Both the position numbers and the translations under genes were made by a program. Below the pieces are notes generated by a model, which was not told the DNA's origin, made no database searches, and saw only the letters and a program-made list of their open reading frames with translations. Of a stretch of DNA of 31,167 nucleotides, positions 1-7,760 are shown one piece after another. Source of the stretch: a virus (lineage: Duplodnaviria; Caudoviricetes); the IMG/VR virus record IMGVR_UViG_3300040985_000793, positions 1 through 31,167 of that record; one strand, given 5' to 3'. Position 1 is the first letter of the stretch; each line of letters starts with the position of its first letter.

Positions 1-1
1 C

Positions 2-35
2 GTCTCGTGGGCTCGGAGATGTGTATAAGAGACAG
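2..35 (+). other. Illumina Nextera transposase read-2 adapter (library artefact)
   Basis: Exact GTCTCGTGGGCTCGGAGATGTGTATAAGAGACAG at the contig start, including the Tn5 mosaic end AGATGTGTATAAGAGACAG. Confidence 0.98.
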
Positions 36-92
36 GTATATAATCCGTACATTATTGAGAAAGATTATAACTTTTTTGAAAAGGAAACGAAA

Positions 93-311
93 ATGGAAAA
101 ATTACTTAAGAATGAAAATGGAATTATTGAGACAGTTGATACATCGAGTGATGATAGTAAAGTTTATAATGTCAGAATATGCACAGAAGTTGATAGAAGC
201 GTTGATACTGACATAAAAATTGCGTGTGTCGATTTAAGGCAAGCTGAAAAACTCGCAAATTTATTGAGATCAACCGTGAGTATTGGTGAGCATGGAGTTT
301 TATTTATATAA
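93..311 (+). CDS. hypothetical phage protein (MEKLLKNENG...)
   Basis: ORF 21..311 starts inside the adapter; the ATG at 93 follows an AAGGA Shine-Dalgarno-like sequence. Confidence 0.65.
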   Translation: MEKLLKNENGIIETVDTSSDDSKVYNVRICTEVDRSVDTDIKIACVDLRQAEKLANLLRSTVSIGEHGVLFI

Positions 312-443
312 CTATATGATGCACGAATGGAAGAAGGTCGGATTTTTTAAGATGGTATGGTGGGCTGCAAAAGGAACAAATGCAAGGATAGAAATATAGA
401 TTTTTAACTTATTTGGCCGCACAAGCGGCGTGAGGGATCATAA

Positions 444-629
444 ATGAAAACATGCAGCAGTTGTCAGATGCCAAGTTTTACCGCCAAGTATAGATTGGAA
501 ATGGGCGAGGTTTTATGTGGGCATTGCTACCGGAATGAGATCATGCAGAAAGAGATTGACGATGCCGATGGGGTGTCCTCAGATAATTACATTAACCAGC
601 AACTTAATGATAGGAGCGCAGTGGAATGA
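444..629 (+). CDS. small Zn-finger hypothetical protein
   Basis: CxxC...CxxC (CSSC, CGHC); GAGGG upstream; ATGA overlap with the next gene. Confidence 0.65.
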   Translation: MKTCSSCQMPSFTAKYRLEMGEVLCGHCYRNEIMQKEIDDADGVSSDNYINQQLNDRSAVE

Positions 630-883
630 AAAAGTTTGTGACAGCAAAACAATTAGAAACGCAAGTTAAAGAAAAGACTCACCGGATATGGGTATTGTTT
701 GGGTTCACCGTGTTGTTGGGGCTATTGATCGCAGGTTTATGTGTCTATATATATAAGCAGGACAAAGCGTGGAAGGTGCGCCATCAGACGCAGCACAGCA
801 AGGTTATTGTCAATGGGTTCACCGCAACAGAATTGGCTGGCGTTACGAATATGAGGCCATTGTATTTAGTCAGTAGTAAATAA
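626..883 (+). CDS. single-pass membrane hypothetical protein
   Basis: Hydrophobic stretch IWVLFGFTVLLGLLIAGLCVYIY; translationally coupled to the upstream ORF. Confidence 0.65.
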   Translation: MKKFVTAKQLETQVKEKTHRIWVLFGFTVLLGLLIAGLCVYIYKQDKAWKVRHQTQHSKVIVNGFTATELAGVTNMRPLYLVSSK

Positions 884-892
884 GTTTTATAT

Positions 893-921
893 ATGACATA
901 TACGTATAATATATATATACT
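893..921 (+). promoter_or_regulatory. putative sigma70-type promoter upstream of ssb
   Basis: ATGACA (893-898), 17 nt spacer, TATACT (916-921) in an AT-rich intergenic region; TATAAT also at 905-910. Confidence 0.4.
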
Positions 922-951
922 TATATTTTTAACTTTAACAGGCGGGGAAAA

Positions 952-1347
952 ATGGCGAAACTGAACAAAGTATTCTTAATGGGCAACCTGACACGTGATG
1001 TGGAATTAAGGTACGTACCGTCAGGCGCAGCGGTGGCATCGTTTGGCATTGCTATCAATCGCAAGTGGAAAAGCGCAGATGGCGAAGTAAAAGAGGAAGT
1101 TATATTTGTTGAGGTGTCGATGTTTGGCACACGTGCAGAGGTAATTGCACAATATTTTGCAAAAGGCAATCCGATATTCATAGAAGGTCGTTTAAAATTC
1201 CAGCAATGGGAGGACAAAGACGGTGGCAAACGGAACGCCTTGAAAGTTGTGGCAGAGAATTTTGAGTTTATTGGTGGACAGGGTGGACAGTCCAGCCAGT
1301 CCGGATCGGGTGACAACGACATCAACGAAGAAGAAATCCCATTTTAG
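952..1347 (+). CDS. ssb: single-stranded DNA-binding protein
   Basis: LNKVFLMGNLTRDVELRY OB-fold start, IEGRL motif, Gly-rich linker, acidic C-terminal EEEIPF tail. Confidence 0.97.
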   Translation: MAKLNKVFLMGNLTRDVELRYVPSGAAVASFGIAINRKWKSADGEVKEEVIFVEVSMFGTRAEVIAQYFAKGNPIFIEGRLKFQQWEDKDGGKRNALKVVAENFEFIGGQGGQSSQSGSGDNDINEEEIPF

Positions 1348-1355
1348 ATATGATT

Positions 1356-1477
1356 TAAGTCGGATGTAGAATGGTTGTCTGCTAAAAAACAAACCACTCA
1401 TTGTCGGTTCGAGTCCGAGTTGCAAACAGGTGTAGTGAAGGGTGGTTACAGCAAGGCTCAAATCCTTGCCCGACTTA
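1356..1477 (+). ncRNA. tRNA-like structured element (degenerate or expanded tRNA)
   Basis: TAAGTCGG (1356-63) pairs perfectly with CCGACTTA (1470-77), directly preceded by T-arm-like GCAAGG-CTCAAAT-CCTTGC (1451-69); second T-loop hairpin TCGG-TTCGAGT-CCGA (1404-18); no clear anticodon arm. Confidence 0.45.
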
Positions 1478-1510
1478 TACTTTTTAAACCCTTTGTGGAA
1501 AGGAAAAATA

Positions 1511-2017
1511 ATGAAACTGTATGAATTAGATATTGAATTACATAAACTTGACGAGGCTTTTAAACAGTATGCGGAAGATAATGCAGGAGATATGACAGAT
1601 TTTCCTTTTGATGATTACCGTGAACTGTTAAAAGAGAAGCGTGCAGACAAACTGCTTGGTCTTGGTGCATGGTGGAAGTCAATACAGGCAGAGTCGAAAG
1701 CGTTCAAGGATGAAATGGAAGTGATGCGTGAAAAGAAAGCAAGGCTTGACCGGAAAGCAGTCAATGTTGAGACTTTTCTACTTAAATTTCTGGAACAAGG
1801 TGAAAAGATACATAACACTAGGGTGGAATTGTCTTGGCGCAAGTCTCAAACGCTGGAAGAAGATAAAAATTTCGACATCAATGAACTTGGTGAAGGGTAC
1901 AAGAACGAGAAAACTATTGTGTCAATAGATAAAGCATTAATCAAAAAGGCTATAAAGATAGGCATAAGGTTTGAAGGGCTTGCACTGGTTGACCATGAAA
2001 GATTGCAAATAAAATGA
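1511..2017 (+). CDS. Siphovirus Gp157 family protein
   Basis: MKLYEL start after GGAAAGGA RBS, coiled coil, SWRKS and IDKALIKKAIK...G..L motifs typical of Gp157. Confidence 0.8.
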   Translation: MKLYELDIELHKLDEAFKQYAEDNAGDMTDFPFDDYRELLKEKRADKLLGLGAWWKSIQAESKAFKDEMEVMREKKARLDRKAVNVETFLLKFLEQGEKIHNTRVELSWRKSQTLEEDKNFDINELGEGYKNEKTIVSIDKALIKKAIKIGIRFEGLALVDHERLQIK

Positions 2018-2172
2018 AACCAGATTTTAAGCAGCAGTATATTAACTATTTGCTCAGTCAGGGGCTTGATCGCACAGAAGCGGTCAGGCTCTTTGACAAA
2101 GGCACAGGCCGAGGTGATTACGGATACAGTGCGGTTTTTTATGCACGGGAAGAAATGGAGTGTGATAAATGA
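2014..2172 (+). CDS. hypothetical protein, 52 aa (MKPDFKQQYINYLLSQG...)
   Basis: Not in the ORF track; read manually; ATGA overlaps at both ends fill the gap exactly. Confidence 0.6.
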   Translation: MKPDFKQQYINYLLSQGLDRTEAVRLFDKGTGRGDYGYSAVFYAREEMECDK

Positions 2173-2480
2173 ATGATATAAAAGATTTGACTGATTTTAG
2201 GGATAGGTTGAACGTGAGGATTTCAAAATTAGCACGACTTAAATGTGAGGTACAGGATAAAATGGCTGGCATATTAAGCCCTCTTGTCGTTGGCGATGTC
2301 ATTGAAAATAAGGAAGGTAAGGAAAGATATATTGTTACTAAAATATCTTATCAGTATTCAAGATATGTTGTATGGGGAAAGAAAATACTGAAAAGCGGTA
2401 ACACTGGCAAGTTAGAACGTGACTTGTATTTTTATTATTATAATAAAGACTCGTATAATATCATCAAAAAGGAAAATTAA
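2169..2480 (+). CDS. hypothetical phage protein
   Basis: GGAG RBS, ATGA overlap, 103 aa. Confidence 0.65.
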   Translation: MNDIKDLTDFRDRLNVRISKLARLKCEVQDKMAGILSPLVVGDVIENKEGKERYIVTKISYQYSRYVVWGKKILKSGNTGKLERDLYFYYYNKDSYNIIKKEN

Positions 2481-2485
2481 TAATT

Positions 2486-2788
2486 ATGAAAAAAACAATT
2501 GATGAAAAGTTTTTCGAGTACCATAAAGCAAACCCGAATATATATGAATTATTTATCATATTCACACGGGAAGCGAAGCGTTCTGGTCGGAAGCATTACA
2601 GCATCTGGGCGATTGCAAACCGGATACGCTGGCACATTAATATTGAGGTTCATTCAAAGGATTGTTTCAAGATAAGCAATAATCATTTGAGCAGGTACGC
2701 CAGATTATTAATGAAATTGAATCCGGAGTTCAAAGGGTTCTTTAGAATAAAAAATCTCAAAGAATTTTCAGTATTGGATTACGAATGA
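2486..2788 (+). CDS. conserved hypothetical phage protein (basic, possibly DNA-binding)
   Basis: YHKANP..Y, GRKHYS, RIRWH and FKISNN...YAR motifs resemble a widespread phage family; AAGGA RBS. Confidence 0.7.
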   Translation: MKKTIDEKFFEYHKANPNIYELFIIFTREAKRSGRKHYSIWAIANRIRWHINIEVHSKDCFKISNNHLSRYARLLMKLNPEFKGFFRIKNLKEFSVLDYE

Positions 2789-3588
2789 AGAAAAAAAGAA
2801 ATATAGTGTGGTTTAGTTGTGGTGCGGCCTCAGCAGTTGCCGCAAAGTTAGCAGTGGATAAGTACCCAGATTGTGAGGTTCTTTATTGTGATACATTAGC
2901 GTATGAGCATAAAGACAACATCCGGTTTTTAAAGGATGTGGAAAAGTGGATAAAAAAAGAAATTAGAGTGTTGAAATCAAAGAAATATGATGATATTTAT
3001 GACGTTTTTGATCGTACTGGCTGGTTAGTTGGAGTAGCTGGCGCAAGATGTACTATTGAATTAAAAAAGAATGTTAGAAAAGATTATCAGGTTGATGGTG
3101 ACAACCATTTGTTCGGGCTGACAGCAGATGAAGAATCAAGAATACGAAGATTTGAAACCCAAAACTCTGAATTGTTAATTGAATGGATTTTGCAAGAAAG
3201 TAAAATCTCAAAAAAAGACTGTTACCGGATATTACAGCAAGCAGGTATCGACCTTCCTAAGATGTATTTACTCGGTTATAACAATAATAATTGTATCGGA
3301 TGTGTCAAAGGGCAGGCAGGGTATTGGAATAAAATCAGAATAGACTTTCCTGATGTGTTTGACAAGATGGCAAGACAAGAAAGAAAAATGGGAGTTGCGA
3401 TAAATAAGAGTTACGCAGGTGACGGCAAAAGAAAAAGAGTGTTTTTAGATGAACTTGATCCATTTGCAGGTAAGGATGTTCCTGAACCTGATATTGAATG
3501 CGGTGTTATGTGTGTAAATGACCCAGCAAACCGCATAGAGGCACAAGCGCAAATAAGCATGCAGATGGAGTTCTTTAAAAAGGATTGA
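2785..3588 (+). CDS. phosphoadenosine phosphosulfate (PAPS) reductase-like / PP-loop protein
   Basis: N-terminal WFSCGAAS PP-loop variant, ARCTIELKK, GYNNNNCIGCVKG and C-terminal ECGVMC Cys motifs. Confidence 0.85.
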   Translation: MKKKRNIVWFSCGAASAVAAKLAVDKYPDCEVLYCDTLAYEHKDNIRFLKDVEKWIKKEIRVLKSKKYDDIYDVFDRTGWLVGVAGARCTIELKKNVRKDYQVDGDNHLFGLTADEESRIRRFETQNSELLIEWILQESKISKKDCYRILQQAGIDLPKMYLLGYNNNNCIGCVKGQAGYWNKIRIDFPDVFDKMARQERKMGVAINKSYAGDGKRKRVFLDELDPFAGKDVPEPDIECGVMCVNDPANRIEAQAQISMQMEFFKKD

Positions 3589-3610
3589 CGATTAGTTTGG
3601 AGGATTACGA

Positions 3611-3841
3611 ATGAAGAAACTCAGCAAACCAGATAACTGCCACGACTCCGCAACGTGCATATATAGCGCACAGGATTGTGTCATTTGCGTGTACAAGGAT
3701 CGGGCAGAGCAGAGCGATGATAACCGCCATAGGTTACTGGCAAACCGTCAGGCGGTCAACAGGACTATATTCAAGCGTAATACAGTGGGCATCAAGAAGA
3801 AAAGTTTACGGGGAACATACGGCAAGAATAAGCCGAAGTGA
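3611..3841 (+). CDS. hypothetical Cys-rich/basic protein
   Basis: GGAGG RBS; four Cys in the N-terminal half. Confidence 0.6.
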   Translation: MKKLSKPDNCHDSATCIYSAQDCVICVYKDRAEQSDDNRHRLLANRQAVNRTIFKRNTVGIKKKSLRGTYGKNKPK

Positions 3842-3860
3842 TATTATCTTTTTATTTTAA

Positions 3861-3891
3861 TTGACTTTTACTTATGATAGGTCATTATAAA
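3861..3891 (+). promoter_or_regulatory. putative promoter for the replication operon
   Basis: TTGACT at 3861-66 followed by CATTATAAA (3883-91) in an AT-rich gap, just before the ATG at 3896. Confidence 0.4.
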
Positions 3892-3895
3892 CAAC

Positions 3896-4039
3896 ATGAA
3901 TAAAGAAATTGTTAAAATGGTTCGATGTACTTGTGGAAAATGTGACCATGTTTGGGTGTCCAGAATTGAAAATCCAAAGATGTGTCCTGCTTGCAAGTGC
4001 CGAAAATGGGAGAATTATGGCAAGAATAAGGTATCTTAA
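3896..4039 (+). CDS. small Zn-ribbon protein, 47 aa (MNKEIVKMVRCTCGKCDHVWVSRIENPKMCPACKCRKW...)
   Basis: Read manually; CxxC-HxW...P..CPxC...W zinc-ribbon pattern; missing from the ORF track. Confidence 0.7.
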   Translation: MNKEIVKMVRCTCGKCDHVWVSRIENPKMCPACKCRKWENYGKNKVS

Positions 4040-4658
4040 ACCGGAGTTTTTCTTTGATGATGACCTTGCAGAGTTGGATTTTGGGTCAAGATTATTCTTT
4101 CAAGGGTTGTGGTGTTATGCGGATCGTGAAGGGAGGCTTGAAGATAAGCCAAAAGTTCTCAAGGCCCAGATAATGCCGTATGATAGCATCAGTCCTGATA
4201 AGATACTTGATAAATTAGAGGGTAAATTCATTATCAGGTACGAGGTTGATGGGCGTAAGTATATACAAATCAACAACTTCATCAAACATCAGAAACCACA
4301 TCACACGGAGAAGGAAAGTTTAATACCTGAGCATAACGGTGTATTAACGGTTAAACAACCGTCTAAGAACACCCTCAAAGAGAAAGAGAAAGAGAAAGAT
4401 AAAGAGAAAGATAAAGAGAAGTGTTTAGAATTTGTATTCTTACTTAAATCTGAACATGATAAACTTTTAAATCAATATGGTGTTGAACGACTCAAGGTAA
4501 TGATTGAGAACTTAAACAATTATCTTGGTAGTACAGGCAAGAGATATAAAAGCCATTATCATACTCTATTGGCATGGGAGCGTAAAAACGGAACAGGCGT
4601 TGAACAAAAGCAGCCACGTATTAAATTTAATCCGGAAGTCCCATTTGACGAAATATAG
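4017..4658 (+). CDS. phage replication initiator / replisome organiser
   Basis: True start MARIRYLKPEFF (GGGAG RBS); RLFFQGLWCYADREGRL and F.KHQKP N-domain, KEKEKDK linker, C-terminal YKSHYHTLLAW helical domain. Confidence 0.85.
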   Translation: MARIRYLKPEFFFDDDLAELDFGSRLFFQGLWCYADREGRLEDKPKVLKAQIMPYDSISPDKILDKLEGKFIIRYEVDGRKYIQINNFIKHQKPHHTEKESLIPEHNGVLTVKQPSKNTLKEKEKEKDKEKDKEKCLEFVFLLKSEHDKLLNQYGVERLKVMIENLNNYLGSTGKRYKSHYHTLLAWERKNGTGVEQKQPRIKFNPEVPFDEI

Positions 4659-4666
4659 GAGAAAAC

Positions 4667-5167
4667 ATGAATCAAGCTGAATTTTCAAATCTATTTGCAA
4701 TATTGTGTGCCAATTACCGGAAGGATAAGGCAAAGGTTCAAGATGCGTATGACCTGTTCTATACTCGGTTTGGTAAGGAAGATTATAACACGTTGAACAG
4801 GGCCATTAACTGTGTATGTGATTCTTCAAAGTATTTTCCCACAATAAGCGATATTTACAAAGAACTACGGTCAATCAAGCCAGTTAAAAATAACGGTGGA
4901 TTGCCGGACTTTGAACATTGCAAGCCATGTGGAGGCAAGGGCCGTGTGGCGTTGATACTTGGGGTGGAACGGTGTCAAAGGTCGGGCAGGAAGAAAATAA
5001 GGCACAGGCGGTTGTGGGCTATAGAGGAACGAGCGTTCCAATTTGAAGAAGAAAATATAACCCGTCAAGAGGTATCTGCGTTCTGTAAATGCGAAAAGGG
5101 TCAATATTTGTATCAGGCTTGTGGCAGCGATGGGATTACATTATCAGAAACGGAGTTTGCGCAATGA
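4667..5167 (+). CDS. putative helicase loader/inhibitor (SPP1 G39P-like N-domain) with C-terminal Zn finger
   Basis: Directly follows the initiator; SKYFPTISDI motif; CKPCGGKG...CKCEKG. Confidence 0.6.
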   Translation: MNQAEFSNLFAILCANYRKDKAKVQDAYDLFYTRFGKEDYNTLNRAINCVCDSSKYFPTISDIYKELRSIKPVKNNGGLPDFEHCKPCGGKGRVALILGVERCQRSGRKKIRHRRLWAIEERAFQFEEENITRQEVSAFCKCEKGQYLYQACGSDGITLSETEFAQ

Positions 5168-5496
5168 AACAGATTAAAATTAGTGGGTGTCATGAGTGTG
5201 ATAAGAAAGATACTTTTAGGGTATTACACTGTGCCTATAAAGGGGTTTTGTTACAAATAGATAAGCAGGTATTTGAGAAAACCATCCATCCTGACTGTCC
5301 TTTGGATGATATGGATGAACAGGGTGGTTGGATAAGTGTTGATGAACGGCTGCCTGAAGAATGGCAAAGAGTTTTATTCGTAGTGAAACTTACGTTTAGC
5401 TGTTTTATTGTCATAAGAAACTACCATTCTGTCACAATGAATGAATCACTAACCCACTGGCAACCGCTACCGGACAAACCGAAGGAGGGCTTTTAG
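5164..5496 (+). CDS. DUF551-domain phage protein
   Basis: WISVDERLPE...THWQPLPDKP motif; N-terminal CxxC...CPL; ATGA-coupled start at 5164. Confidence 0.8.
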   Translation: MKQIKISGCHECDKKDTFRVLHCAYKGVLLQIDKQVFEKTIHPDCPLDDMDEQGGWISVDERLPEEWQRVLFVVKLTFSCFIVIRNYHSVTMNESLTHWQPLPDKPKEGF

Positions 5497-5553
5497 CAAT
5501 ATGACCTACTACAAAATATCATTCAGAGTGTTTAAGAAAATGGAGGAAGTGAA

Positions 5554-5826
5554 ATGAGTGATGCACCTGAGAGGATATGGATGGAAGAAAGAGTCGGCTC
5601 TAATGGTATTTCTTGCCTTGATTATAAAAACGATGATGATTCTCCTGAATACATACTCAAAGAGACTGCGGATAAAGATATGGAGAAAATCTTACAGCCG
5701 ATTAGGGATGCGATGAAGGGACAAAGTGAAAATGTATATGCGGTCTTGTGTAATAACCCACCCATAGACACCAGAGATTTATTCAATGCCTGTCAGGAAT
5801 CTCTTGCACTTGCGGATAAGAAATAA
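5554..5826 (+). CDS. hypothetical phage protein
   Basis: GGAGG RBS; MSDAPERIW start typical of small phage proteins. Confidence 0.7.
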   Translation: MSDAPERIWMEERVGSNGISCLDYKNDDDSPEYILKETADKDMEKILQPIRDAMKGQSENVYAVLCNNPPIDTRDLFNACQESLALADKK

Positions 5827-5835
5827 GTGCCATCC

Positions 5836-5903
5836 ATTCAAGGCGTATATGCGAGCAATCGCTTGATTCGAGAAAGGGAGTCGATGGGGTATGTGCCTTG
5901 AGT
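5836..5903 (+). ncRNA. candidate structured RNA (three-way junction)
   Basis: 14-bp closing stem ATTCAAGGCGTATA/TATGTGCCTTGAGT (with G-U pairs) enclosing GCGA-GCAA-TCGC and TTGATTC-GAGAAAGG-GAGTCGA hairpins; intergenic. Confidence 0.45.
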
Positions 5904-5945
5904 TGATAGTATTTATGTGCCTTAATTAGAAAAGGAAGGAGAAAA

Positions 5946-6326
5946 TTGAGCGAATCAAGTGAACAGAAAAAAGTAATAGAGTGGTTTAAAATACAATACC
6001 CACAATTCAAGAAGCGTATATTTGCAATTCCAAACGGTGCGTATTTGTCAGGCGATAACCGCCGCAGGGCCATGCAGATGTCAAAACTGAAAGCGGAAGG
6101 GTTAGCGGCAGGTGTATCTGACTTATTTATTGCAGTTGCCAAGTGCAAACATGGGCATGGGTTATTCTTGGAAATGAAGGACACAGGAAAGACACTGGCT
6201 GATGTGTCTGGTAAGCAAAAGGATTTTATCAAAGAAATGATGGTTGCAGGGTATGCAGCAGAGTGGGCAGCAGGATTTGACGAAGCAAGGGCTATAATTA
6301 ACGCTTATTTGAAGGGGAAAGAATGA
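5946..6326 (+). CDS. VRR-NUC domain nuclease (Holliday-junction-resolvase-like)
   Basis: SESSEQ, FAIPNG, LKAEG..AGVSDL, LFLEMK and Q..F PD-(D/E)xK motifs; TTG start after AAGGAAGGAG. Confidence 0.9.
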   Translation: MSESSEQKKVIEWFKIQYPQFKKRIFAIPNGAYLSGDNRRRAMQMSKLKAEGLAAGVSDLFIAVAKCKHGHGLFLEMKDTGKTLADVSGKQKDFIKEMMVAGYAAEWAAGFDEARAIINAYLKGKE

Positions 6327-6547
6327 ACACTTATATCTGGACAAAAACAATTGAAGTTGATACAGAAGAAGTATATAACGCAGCGGCAGCGCAATCAAAG
6401 AGTGTTCTCAGATATTTATATGACAGCATTATTCCGGTATCCGCATATAAAAAAAATGTGGCAATTGAGGAAAATGAAGATATTAACAAGTTTGTAATCA
6501 GATACAATGATTCTCAGTACAGACCGAGGTATTACAATGGGAATTAA
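6323..6547 (+). CDS. hypothetical protein
   Basis: ATGA overlap with VRR-NUC; 74 aa. Confidence 0.55.
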   Translation: MNTYIWTKTIEVDTEEVYNAAAAQSKSVLRYLYDSIIPVSAYKKNVAIEENEDINKFVIRYNDSQYRPRYYNGN

Positions 6548-7760
6548 ACCAATAATAAAAGCATTGATTGTTGCGCTGGCTGTGGTCTTGCCATTGTATT
6601 TTGATACCACGATGACAAGGCCATTTGATACACCGAAGTTCTTTGCATTGATGATCGGGGCTGCTTGTCTGTTCGTATGTGTGATGTTTGACGGTAAATT
6701 ACTAGAACACAAATCACCTTTGTCATATCCAATTATTGCATTGTGGGTTGTTACCGGATTTGCAACATGGTTCTCAGTGCATCCCATGACCAGTTTAATT
6801 GGTGGCTCTAAGCGGTTTGACGGGTTTGTATCTGTGTCGGCTTACGTGTTTATTTTCTTTGTGGTTATCAATTACGTCAACATCCGGATGATTGGCATTA
6901 TATTCGAGGCACTTATCTGGACAGCGTTCTTGGCTTGTGTTTACGGGGTATGTCAATATATTGGACTTGAGGCGTTTGAATGGATCAGATGGGATGATAG
7001 AGTTTTTAGCACGTTTGGTCATCCTGCGTTCTTGTCAGCATTCTTGGCAATGGTGTTGCCTTTGGCTATACACAAGGCACTGACCAGCCATAGGGCTTAT
7101 GCGTTATTTGTGCCACTGTTCATTGCCGTGATATTTTTCACAAAAACAAGAGCAACTTTTGTTGGGATGGTAATATCAATGGCCGTGTTGGCTTGGGTCA
7201 TGCGGAAAAGAATCTTGACAAATTGGCGCACATCTGCTATATGCGCAGTTGTGATAGTAGTCATTTTTGCTTTCTTCTCAAAACCTTTAATAGTCAGGAT
7301 CATAAATGAAGTAGATTTAACAGAACAACAATCAGGTACGGCAGGGCCAAGAATCATTATGGCACGTGTAGGAATGTCCGTTGTCAGAGATCATCCTTTC
7401 TTGGGGGTCGGCCCAGATACATTGGGGTTCGTGTATATGGAACACTTGCATAAACTGTATCCGAATGGCATAAACGGGTGCGCCAGTTACAATCAGAGCA
7501 GGATACACAACGATTTTATTGATATGGCCGTGTCAAGGGGTATCATTGGCCTTTGCGTGTATGTGTGGCTGATTGTGACGTTCTTACGCATGGTATGGAA
7601 GCAGGGCAATATTGCATTGACTTGTGTTTGTGTCGGCTTGTTATCGTACATCGTGCAGAATCAATTCTCATTTGGGCATATATCGTTTATTATTTTATTC
7701 TGGGTTTATATGGGCATGGCAGTCGTGTTGTGCAGGGAAAAGGAAAGAGGAAAGAAATGA
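6537..7760 (+). CDS. O-antigen ligase-like polytopic membrane glycosyltransferase (WaaL/Wzy_C/PglL superfamily)
   Basis: About 11-12 hydrophobic segments; RVFSTFGHPAFL, TKTRAT, R......G.....HPFLGVG and HNDFIDMAVSRGIIGL motifs of the Wzy_C domain; GAGG RBS before ATG 6537. Confidence 0.88.
   Translation: MGIKPIIKALIVALAVVLPLYFDTTMTRPFDTPKFFALMIGAACLFVCVMFDGKLLEHKSPLSYPIIALWVVTGFATWFSVHPMTSLIGGSKRFDGFVSVSAYVFIFFVVINYVNIRMIGIIFEALIWTAFLACVYGVCQYIGLEAFEWIRWDDRVFSTFGHPAFLSAFLAMVLPLAIHKALTSHRAYALFVPLFIAVIFFTKTRATFVGMVISMAVLAWVMRKRILTNWRTSAICAVVIVVIFAFFSKPLIVRIINEVDLTEQQSGTAGPRIIMARVGMSVVRDHPFLGVGPDTLGFVYMEHLHKLYPNGINGCASYNQSRIHNDFIDMAVSRGIIGLCVYVWLIVTFLRMVWKQGNIALTCVCVGLLSYIVQNQFSFGHISFIILFWVYMGMAVVLCREKERGKK

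Noticed and set aside
7-216. ORF MGSEMCIRDR...
   Set aside because: Translation of the Nextera adapter; a well-known artefact peptide
316-399. 27-aa ORF MMHEWKKVGFFKMVWW...
   Set aside because: Very short with no clear RBS; cannot be supported from sequence alone
1356-1477. Canonical functional tRNA or tmRNA call
   Set aside because: No 7-nt anticodon loop at the right spacing, no CCA, too long for a tRNA, and no tag reading frame or length for tmRNA
1442-1510. N-terminal extensions in the ORF track (1442, 3909, 5089, 7553, 8284, 16573)
   Set aside because: Better starts with RBS or ATGA coupling exist at 1511, 4017, 5164, 7757, 8323 and 16636
5836-5903. Hammerhead ribozyme
   Set aside because: Three-way junction present, but the CUGANGA/GAAA core is not in the junction positions
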